The translations under genes were made by a program, and so were the position numbers. From the IMG/VR virus record IMGVR_UViG_3300021958_000057, positions 1,103 to 65,102 of that record: a DNA stretch of 64,000 nt; one strand, given 5' to 3'. Below the pieces are notes generated by a model, which was not told the DNA's origin, did no database searches, and saw only the letters and a program-made list of their open reading frames with translations. Shown piece after piece: positions 18,198 through 25,264 of this stretch. Origin of the DNA: a virus. Its lineage: Duplodnaviria; Caudoviricetes. Numbering within the stretch: position 1 is the first letter of the stretch; each line of letters begins with the position of its first letter.

Positions 18198-19435
18198 TTA
18201 TCCCATGCCTTGATTGCAGTAAAGTTGTTAAACGAGAACTCCATTCTGTCCACTAGTTTAACAGCACCACCACTAACTCTATCAATCGCAACATAACCCT
18301 CTGGGTTAGTTACTTTAAATCCATTTGAGGTCTTGATGAACGTATCCGTCAAACCCTTAACACTATTTAGTTTTTTTACAATTTGCATTTTTGCATCAAC
18401 TAATAGGTTTTGGAACGTAATAATATTAGTTAAGTTGTTAGTGTGTTTCTTTACTTCTCTTACATACTCTTTCTGTATGTTCGTATATTTATCTTTACCT
18501 TTTGTACTTTTTGCTTTATCTATTTGTTTCTGAATAGATTGTTCAACCCAAGATTCATATCCTTTTGCATGAGCTTTAGGATTACTAATCTTTTGACCTT
18601 GACGAACCTTACTATTATTATATGTTGATAGTTTAGCACCAACAATCGCACCTTGCATACTTTCTTGTAGTTTCATAAACTTAGTTAACATAGGTGCGCT
18701 TATTTTTTGGAAAGTCTTACCAGTTTGTGAAAGTAGACCAGTAACAACAGCAGTTTCTTTTGCATTAAATGTTGCAGTACCAGATGCATCTTTATAAGTT
18801 GCATCATCCATCCATATACTTGGAGTTTTCTTTAGACCAGATATATCAACACCAAAAGATGCAGTCATGTCTTCTAGTTTACTTCCAGAATATGTTGTGT
18901 GCCATACAATACCAACTTTGGCTTTGTTTATAACCTTACCAAAATCACTATCAACAGGCACAGCGTAGACAATAGTATTAGGTTGGAAAGTGTAGTACTT
19001 AATACCTTCAATTGTGGTTGACTCCACATCATTTGTGAACATGAGGTCGCCTTGTATAACGGACTTGATTCCGAGTTTTGAGAACTCTGCGAGTGCGACT
19101 TTGAATTTTTCAACAAGTGCTCCTTTGAGGTCATCATCTATCTCCTTAGCTGTTTTGTACAGTTTGGGATTGACGTTGAATACCGACTTCTTTGCAACAA
19201 AGAACTTTCCATCAGAGGGGTCAATACCAGCAAAGATTGCTGGAGCACCATCCCATTTGACTGTCATATTAATACTGGAACGAGCATTACCAGCCAACAT
19301 ATCTCTAAGAGATTGTAGGAAGTTAATTGCAGCTCTGCCACCTGGCACACCATTGTTGATAATTTCATCTTCAATGTGTTCTAGATGTAAATTCTTTCCA
19401 GCTTTACTTTCTTCTAATTGTTTGAAACTAATCAT
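18194..19435 (-). CDS. ATP-dependent ligase-like covalent nucleotidyltransferase (RNA-ligase-like)
   Basis: Motif I TVKWDG, motif III IQGDLMF, motif IV PEGYVAI and motif V AVKLVD, in the correct order; no OB-fold tail. Confidence 0.65.
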   Translation of the reverse strand: MISFKQLEESKAGKNLHLEHIEDEIINNGVPGGRAAINFLQSLRDMLAGNARSSINMTVKWDGAPAIFAGIDPSDGKFFVAKKSVFNVNPKLYKTAKEIDDDLKGALVEKFKVALAEFSKLGIKSVIQGDLMFTNDVESTTIEGIKYYTFQPNTIVYAVPVDSDFGKVINKAKVGIVWHTTYSGSKLEDMTASFGVDISGLKKTPSIWMDDATYKDASGTATFNAKETAVVTGLLSQTGKTFQKISAPMLTKFMKLQESMQGAIVGAKLSTYNNSKVRQGQKISNPKAHAKGYESWVEQSIQKQIDKAKSTKGKDKYTNIQKEYVREVKKHTNNLTNIITFQNLLVDAKMQIVKKLNSVKGLTDTFIKTSNGFKVTNPEGYVAIDRVSGGAVKLVDRMEFSFNNFTAIKAWDK

Positions 19436-20541
19436 TCTTGCACTCCGCTGTATTGCATTTTCAATTGTAGATACTGTCCTAGTCTACCTTGACCAGAAGT
19501 TCCTTTTTCTGGTCTTACACCAGAATCAGAACGAATGGTCATCTTTAATGTTTTCTTATCACTAGGTGAGTGTATATCAATTAAATACTCTTGTACAGAA
19601 TTATTATTTAAATATGCATAATGTTTAGTTACTAATGGTATCATATCAACAATATCATCAATCTTTTGTTCAGCAGTCATACCAACAGCTTTAACCATTA
19701 TAAGGGGAACTTTTTCTTCTTTCCTTTGTAAGTTAAATGTATTTTGAACCCAATCTATAAACTGTTCTTTTTTTAAATTATTAAGAATATCACAGAAATT
19801 TTCTCTAGCAACAACTAACATCTCTGCATATAATTTATTTGCGCCATCTTCATCTTCTACAAAATAATCAACATATGCCTTAGTAACTTCCTTATTTTTG
19901 ATAAAGTTACTTTTACTTGCAACTTGTTTAACACCAGGCACTTTAGAATAAACTCTATTCCATAAGTCAGACTCTAGTTTAGAGGTAGAAACTCCCAGAG
20001 CTTTATATTGAGTTCCAACATAAGTATTTTTTAGTGGTTCTTTTGATTTTGCTGTTCCTGCTTTAAGACTTATACCTATTAATTCTTTGTTTTTAAATTC
20101 AACAAATATATCTCCAGCATGGTTATTTGGAACACCTTTAGGTTTTGCTCTATATCCCCATATAACATTTTTAATAGGTTTTGTTCTATCAAGGGTATAT
20201 AGATAATTAGTAATACCTATTGCGTTTTCTATTTTAGTTTTTAAAAATTTATCATCTAATGTTGGTAATTTATCAAGTACCAATTGAGCAGAATTTGCAT
20301 CTTTAGTAGAAAAAGAACTTTTAGATTTTCCAGCCTTTAAATTTAATGTATATAAAAACTTTTTGAAATCTTCAACTGAAGATGGTCTATACTTATTGTT
20401 AAAAGCGAGTGCTGGAAATAATTCAGTAATTGATGCATTGAGAGTTGTATCAACTCTTTCAAAAAGATATTGAACCTTATTTACTGGTGCGACATATTTT
20501 TCTTGAATTGGTTTGAGTTGACGAACATACTTTCTTAACAT
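19432..20541 (-). CDS. Putative PD-(D/E)XK restriction-like endonuclease
   Basis: N-terminal ITELFP helix, then HAGDIFV...LIGISLK (D...SxK variant). Confidence 0.5.
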   Translation of the reverse strand: MLRKYVRQLKPIQEKYVAPVNKVQYLFERVDTTLNASITELFPALAFNNKYRPSSVEDFKKFLYTLNLKAGKSKSSFSTKDANSAQLVLDKLPTLDDKFLKTKIENAIGITNYLYTLDRTKPIKNVIWGYRAKPKGVPNNHAGDIFVEFKNKELIGISLKAGTAKSKEPLKNTYVGTQYKALGVSTSKLESDLWNRVYSKVPGVKQVASKSNFIKNKEVTKAYVDYFVEDEDGANKLYAEMLVVARENFCDILNNLKKEQFIDWVQNTFNLQRKEEKVPLIMVKAVGMTAEQKIDDIVDMIPLVTKHYAYLNNNSVQEYLIDIHSPSDKKTLKMTIRSDSGVRPEKGTSGQGRLGQYLQLKMQYSGVQE

Positions 20542-20571
20542 TCAAGTTCTCCATTTGCATATAGTTTATAG

Positions 20572-20604
20572 TATTTATATAACAGAGAACTTAGTGTTTG
20601 TCAA
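20572..20604 (-). promoter_or_regulatory. Late promoter (TATAAATA at 20572-20579) overlapped by a possible sigma70 promoter (TTGACA at 20599-20604)
   Basis: Exact late box; TTGACA-17nt-TATATA overlaps it; GGAGA SD before the ATG at 20541. Confidence 0.75.
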
Positions 20605-21237
20605 CTACTTTTTCTCTGGTAATGCTCTTAATGTATAATCAATTGCAATTCTTTTCTCATCACAGAAGATATCAGAAGCTGCATGAGGTATAAGAGGGTC
20701 AAACACATAGAATGACCCAGGCGGTGCATAGTAACCATTACCATTCCAAGTAAAACCACCACCCCACTCTTCTTTCCAATCAGAGTTAAGACAACCAAGA
20801 ACCTTTAAGACTTTCCAATCTTTAGGAATATCATCATCATGGTCTGTATGAATATTATCTTTTCTGTGTTTATCTTTAATAGATGCACCACACCAAAGAA
20901 TTTTAGGATACACAAGAGTATTTAGTCCTTGTTCATATAATAATGTAAACAATGCCATTGACAATCCAGCAAGTCTTTCAACCCCTGCTGGTTGTGGTGT
21001 TCCATCAATGATTGTAAGTTTTGGATGTCTTTTACTAAAGTGAGAGTTTAGTGGATACTTCCATGACCAATGTTCTGATTCTTGAAAATGATGTCTTATA
21101 TATTCCAAGAACATAGGTGTTACATTTGTATTAAGTAATTTTATTCTTTTAGTTGTATCAACACCAGTTCTAGCAATATTGTTTTTTCTACCACCACCAA
21201 ACTCATCTGCTGGTTTTCCATCAATCATCAATCCCAC
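20605..21237 (-). CDS. 2OG-Fe(II) oxygenase (prolyl-4-hydroxylase-like)
   Basis: IHTD...LNSDWKEEWGGG...FDPLIPHAA...KRIAI (HxD...H...R). Confidence 0.8.
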   Translation of the reverse strand: MGLMIDGKPADEFGGGRKNNIARTGVDTTKRIKLLNTNVTPMFLEYIRHHFQESEHWSWKYPLNSHFSKRHPKLTIIDGTPQPAGVERLAGLSMALFTLLYEQGLNTLVYPKILWCGASIKDKHRKDNIHTDHDDDIPKDWKVLKVLGCLNSDWKEEWGGGFTWNGNGYYAPPGSFYVFDPLIPHAASDIFCDEKRIAIDYTLRALPEKK

Positions 21238-21238
21238 A

Positions 21239-21772
21239 TCAAACTCCTTTTACTGTATAATCTATTGCGAATCTCTTTTTATTTATTATAATATTATCTG
21301 CTCTGTGTGGAACAGATGCATCAAAAATAATAAAATCTGTTGGTTCTACTGGATATGTAGAATCTCCATGTGTAAATCCACCACCCATATCTTTTGTATT
21401 CCAATCAGAATTTAGTGTTCCTAATACTTTAACAAAACCGCTGTTGGGTTCATTATCAAAGTGCATATTATCTTCTCTACTAGAATCTTTAATTGATATC
21501 CCACACCATGTAATCTCTGGAATGAAAAATGCTCTGTGTGATTTTTCCCATATCTGAATAAGTAACCCCATTGCAAGTCCAGCCAATACTGCATTTTCTG
21601 GTACAACTTCTGATTTTATTAATGACATCTTTGGAAACTTTTCTTCAATAGGAATATACTTTTCTTTATTCATAGGAAATCTAAATGTCCAGTTTTCACT
21701 TTGTTCTGCTTGTAATCTCATCATATCAAGATAACTTTTAGAACAACAATCTTTTACTATCTGTGTATTCAT
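21239..21772 (-). CDS. 2OG-Fe(II) oxygenase, paralog of its neighbour
   Basis: MHFD...LNSDW...GGG...FDASVPHRA...KRFAIDY. Confidence 0.8.
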   Translation of the reverse strand: MNTQIVKDCCSKSYLDMMRLQAEQSENWTFRFPMNKEKYIPIEEKFPKMSLIKSEVVPENAVLAGLAMGLLIQIWEKSHRAFFIPEITWCGISIKDSSREDNMHFDNEPNSGFVKVLGTLNSDWNTKDMGGGFTHGDSTYPVEPTDFIIFDASVPHRADNIIINKKRFAIDYTVKGV

Positions 21773-21933
21773 ACTAACGGCTCCGATATATAATGGTCTT
21801 GATAATCACCATCTTCACTATAAATTCTAACTGTGGTTTTCTTAATAAGAATACCATTTTCTTTTTCATAAGAGATAAGTTCTTGTCTTACCAAACCATC
21901 TCTTGGCATTTCCATTCTTAAATCTTCCACCAT
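21769..21933 (-). CDS. Small hypothetical protein (54 aa)
   Basis: Manual translation MVEDLRMEMPRDGLVRQELISYEKENGILIKKTTVRIYSEDGDYQDHYISEPLV; AGGAG SD; ATGA overlap downstream. Confidence 0.6.
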   Translation of the reverse strand: MVEDLRMEMPRDGLVRQELISYEKENGILIKKTTVRIYSEDGDYQDHYISEPLV

Positions 21934-21941
21934 ATATACTC

Positions 21942-22979
21942 CTATTGTAATATATTTCTCTTATTATAGAATATATCTATTGTTTTGTCAAGTGCATTTT
22001 TAAAATCATTTTTCCATTTTTCTTGATTATGTTTTTCCCAAGTCATTTCTTGAATCTCTTTTCTATCTATATTCTCAAAAGACTTAATAGCTTTTATAAG
22101 TGCATCTTTATCATCTTTAGGTATTTTTATATAGTGAGATTTATTTGCTGGTATTATTTCTGATGCATGGTCACCATCTTTATCTGAATTAAGTATTATT
22201 GGAATACCACAAGATAAAGCTTCCATTGCAGTAATTCCCCAAGTTTCTGAAATCCATGTAGAAAAATAAGTTTTGCATTTAGATATATTTTCCATAACCT
22301 CTGTATAAGGTTTATCCCAGAGTACATTATTCCAATCTTTGTGTTTATTATAATAAGGTATATCTTTATCATATTGTGTTTTTGATGTTATAACTAAACT
22401 TGTAAGGTCTGTATCTTTTGTCATAGTTTTAAGTTTAAATGGACTTTTACCATTATCACATCTTCCTATTGTTCCACAATCATATTCTGATTCTACTATC
22501 TGTGGTTTAACTTTACAGTATGATGGATTTATATAACCAGATATTGGAAGAACTTTTTGATTAGTTCTTTCTGCCATTTGTATGTATTTCTTTTCTTGCC
22601 ATTTAGATACAAAGTACATGGAATGGCCTTTATCAATTGCATTATTCCAACGACCTATACAAGTGAGCATTGGATAAATAATATGAGAAATAATCATAAT
22701 AGGTATGTGTGATTTAATAAGTTCTTTACCAGAGTATATTGCTTGTGCAAAGTTTGATACAATAATATCAGCACCAATTTCTTCTGCACGATTTATAATA
22801 CTTCTTGCAATTTTATCTTTTTCTTTTATTGAAAGGTCTATACTTTCAATAGGAACTTGATAAACTTCTGTATCAAAATTATCATATATTGATTTGCAAA
22901 ACATTTCAGTTCCGCCTGAGCATATTGGATACTCAAGCGGTCTGTTATATGGGTCTTGAAAAGGTAAAAGTATTTTCAC
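21942..22979 (-). CDS. GT-B fold glycosyltransferase (GT4-like)
   Basis: N-terminal SGGTE, and SETWGITAMEALSCGIPII matching the retaining GT4 ExF/WG...EA motif. Confidence 0.8.
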   Translation of the reverse strand: MKILLPFQDPYNRPLEYPICSGGTEMFCKSIYDNFDTEVYQVPIESIDLSIKEKDKIARSIINRAEEIGADIIVSNFAQAIYSGKELIKSHIPIMIISHIIYPMLTCIGRWNNAIDKGHSMYFVSKWQEKKYIQMAERTNQKVLPISGYINPSYCKVKPQIVESEYDCGTIGRCDNGKSPFKLKTMTKDTDLTSLVITSKTQYDKDIPYYNKHKDWNNVLWDKPYTEVMENISKCKTYFSTWISETWGITAMEALSCGIPIILNSDKDGDHASEIIPANKSHYIKIPKDDKDALIKAIKSFENIDRKEIQEMTWEKHNQEKWKNDFKNALDKTIDIFYNKRNILQ

Positions 22980-24073
22980 TATGCAGCCTTTTTTACCTCT
23001 TTTTGATATAGTGTGCCATCTTCAGCAAAAAATACTAATTTATCTAAATCATGTATTGCTGAAAGTGATGGTAACACTCCATATAATTTTACTCTTGACA
23101 TGGATGGCAATTTACCATCAAAATATACAATTGAAAAAGATTTTAATTTACTTTCATAAAATTCTTTAAATCCATTGACCCTATCAAAAAAACATCGCTC
23201 TAAATCTAAAGAACCTCTACCCTCTAGTGTTCCAGTATGTAGAATAATTCTTATCTCATCATTTGGAAAATTAAAAGCTGTATCTAAAATAGCACATAAA
23301 ACTTTTGGTTGATTTTCTGTAGTATAAGTTATGTATCTTACACCATTACCATTTAAAAATTTATTTCTAGTTAAAAAATCTTTTGATTTTCCTTTGTCGT
23401 ATGCTACAACTGTTTGGTCTGGATTATGATTATTAAAAATTTCATAAACTAATCTAGACCTTGTTCTATCTGTAAAAACACCATTGCCACAAACTTCTTC
23501 AACTCTTTTAGTTATATCAGTAAGTGTAGGTTTTATCCAACCTAGTGTTATAGCACTTTCAGTTTCCCTATAAACGTCTTGTATTTCAGCAGTTGATGCC
23601 TCATCATGTATAGTGTTAAATCTAATACCACACCGAGATACAGCATCTTCAATTTCTTCTTTTGAATAACCATCAACACCCTCATAAATAGATGCAATTA
23701 CATTTGTAAATCCACAATGACGTTCTAAAATATCTGTTCTTGTGTATCCAGTAATAATATGTAAATCACCATTCTTTGCTCTAAATACTGCAATCGCTGG
23801 ATATTTTAACTTAAAACCATTTCTTGAAATACCTCTTTGTATTTCATCATACTTTTTATTTTTATCACCAGCACGATACTTTTGAACAAAACCATATGGT
23901 GTTTTTTCTAATCTATCAATGTCAATCAAATCAGTATATGTATATCTAATTTGTGGTGGCAAATCTGCACCATACAACTCTGGATAAGCTGCTTGTGGCA
24001 CTAATTCTTTGTAATCTTTTAAATTTTGTGATGTAAATTTATTTTGTTTTATAACATCAATTATTGGTTGCAT
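22979..24073 (-). CDS. Hypothetical protein with a ParB/Srx-like N-terminal region
   Basis: EIQRGISRNGF...PAIAV...IITGYTR resembles the ParB-N 'SI...G...P..V...DG.HR' pattern. Confidence 0.45.
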   Translation of the reverse strand: MQPIIDVIKQNKFTSQNLKDYKELVPQAAYPELYGADLPPQIRYTYTDLIDIDRLEKTPYGFVQKYRAGDKNKKYDEIQRGISRNGFKLKYPAIAVFRAKNGDLHIITGYTRTDILERHCGFTNVIASIYEGVDGYSKEEIEDAVSRCGIRFNTIHDEASTAEIQDVYRETESAITLGWIKPTLTDITKRVEEVCGNGVFTDRTRSRLVYEIFNNHNPDQTVVAYDKGKSKDFLTRNKFLNGNGVRYITYTTENQPKVLCAILDTAFNFPNDEIRIILHTGTLEGRGSLDLERCFFDRVNGFKEFYESKLKSFSIVYFDGKLPSMSRVKLYGVLPSLSAIHDLDKLVFFAEDGTLYQKEVKKAA

Positions 24074-24151
24074 TATTTTCTCCTTATTGCAAATTTTACT
24101 TTGTTAAGTGTCAATTCTCATCAACACACGGCTCAATGTTTTACCATTGAA

Positions 24152-25264
24152 TTATCGTATAATATCAATCTCATTCATAGTTTCAGCATTCCAGACTTCA
24201 AGTTTCTTACGAATCCTACCATCTGCAACAATATTGTTATATCTTTTAGTAGCAAGTTTCTTCCACCACTTAGTTACATTTTCAAGTTCAAATCTATCAT
24301 AGTTTTCTGCTTTTGTCAAGACATTTGTTTTACCTAATAACACATCTTTAGTATTAGAATATCCATACTCACTGCTGTAAAAGCGCTTCTGTGTTGTAAC
24401 TCCAGTTGCATTTTCCATTGCAGATACAAACATATTATATGCCTTAGTATCATGTTCTTTAAGTGAGGCCTTAATAATACCTACCATCTTAGTTTGCATC
24501 TTGAGTTTTCTACTTGAAACACCTTGTCGTAGAAGTTCTTCTCCACCATTCTTTTCTGTAAACCAAGCTTTAAGTTCTGGATATATTTCTTCTCCAAGTG
24601 TCAATAAAAACTTAGATTGTGTATCACCTTTGTATCTTAAATATGGTCGCATACCATCATACATAGATGCACCTTTGAGATTACCATATAAAGATGTAGT
24701 TTCAAACAGACAGAACTCTGTATCATACTTCTTGTTTAACATTCTACGAGTTGCATGAGAACAACATATGGCTGCAAGTAACTTACCACCAAGACAGTTA
24801 AACCCAAATGGTTGTACTGGCACAATATTAAAACCCATGATAGCTCTTTTGTTAAAGATATCTAAATCTGGAACACTACCCAGATAATCATTTCTTGGTT
24901 TAGAGTTAATCAAAGGACTACCATATCGTATAAAACCTACAATAGTATTTGTAGTTGTTTCTTTTACTACAACCTTGAGTGTCTTGCCTGGATTTTCATC
25001 TGGACTAAATGATGCAGTTTTTTCAAGTAATGTATCAAACACTTCAGTTGGTACAACTGCAACTTGAAAGTTCATATCCTCTGGGTGCATATCAAACTCT
25101 TGAAACAAATCATCTTCTATACTCATGCCAGGCAATCCAGCAGGAATATCCTTAACTCGTTCTATCTTTCTTGCACGAAAGTAATCATCTATTCTATGAA
25201 AGTCTTTGAAATAATTCATCATCTTCATAGCTGCATATACAGAATCTTCTTTACTTAATATCAT
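24152..25264 (-). CDS. DUF4338/DruA-like protein
   Basis: PGKTLKVVV...GFIRYGSP...VPVQPFGFNCLGGKLLA...FETTSLYG, recalled as the DruA/DUF4338 signature. Confidence 0.55.
   Translation of the reverse strand: MILSKEDSVYAAMKMMNYFKDFHRIDDYFRARKIERVKDIPAGLPGMSIEDDLFQEFDMHPEDMNFQVAVVPTEVFDTLLEKTASFSPDENPGKTLKVVVKETTTNTIVGFIRYGSPLINSKPRNDYLGSVPDLDIFNKRAIMGFNIVPVQPFGFNCLGGKLLAAICCSHATRRMLNKKYDTEFCLFETTSLYGNLKGASMYDGMRPYLRYKGDTQSKFLLTLGEEIYPELKAWFTEKNGGEELLRQGVSSRKLKMQTKMVGIIKASLKEHDTKAYNMFVSAMENATGVTTQKRFYSSEYGYSNTKDVLLGKTNVLTKAENYDRFELENVTKWWKKLATKRYNNIVADGRIRKKLEVWNAETMNEIDIIR

Noticed and set aside
19021-19200. Locally higher GC patch (about 40-43% in three lines) inside the ligase-like gene
   Set aside because: Short and modest; it could be a recombination tract but cannot be told apart from amino-acid composition effects without homologs.
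19014-19565. 183-aa plus-strand ORF (and similar ones at 4191, 8653, 10489, 11872, 13604, 48377, 54100)
   Set aside because: They lie opposite well-supported minus-strand genes, have S/F/L-rich shadow-frame composition, and show no SD or promoter.
21254-21261. Plus-strand extended -10 (TGTATAAT)
   Set aside because: It falls within coding sequence (DYTV codons) and has no -35 box; likely chance in AT-rich DNA.
20605-21772. TET/JBP base-oxidising dioxygenase identity
   Set aside because: The motifs (LNSDW..GGG, FD..IPH) fit the prolyl-4-hydroxylase-like group better; a DNA substrate remains unproven.
24086-24114. Internal sigma70 promoter before the ParB-like gene
   Set aside because: TTGACA is present but the -10 at 17 nt (TGCAAT) is weak; not listed as a feature.
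24152-25264. Complete Druantia defence system
   Set aside because: No DruE-like helicase or other Dru genes are visible.
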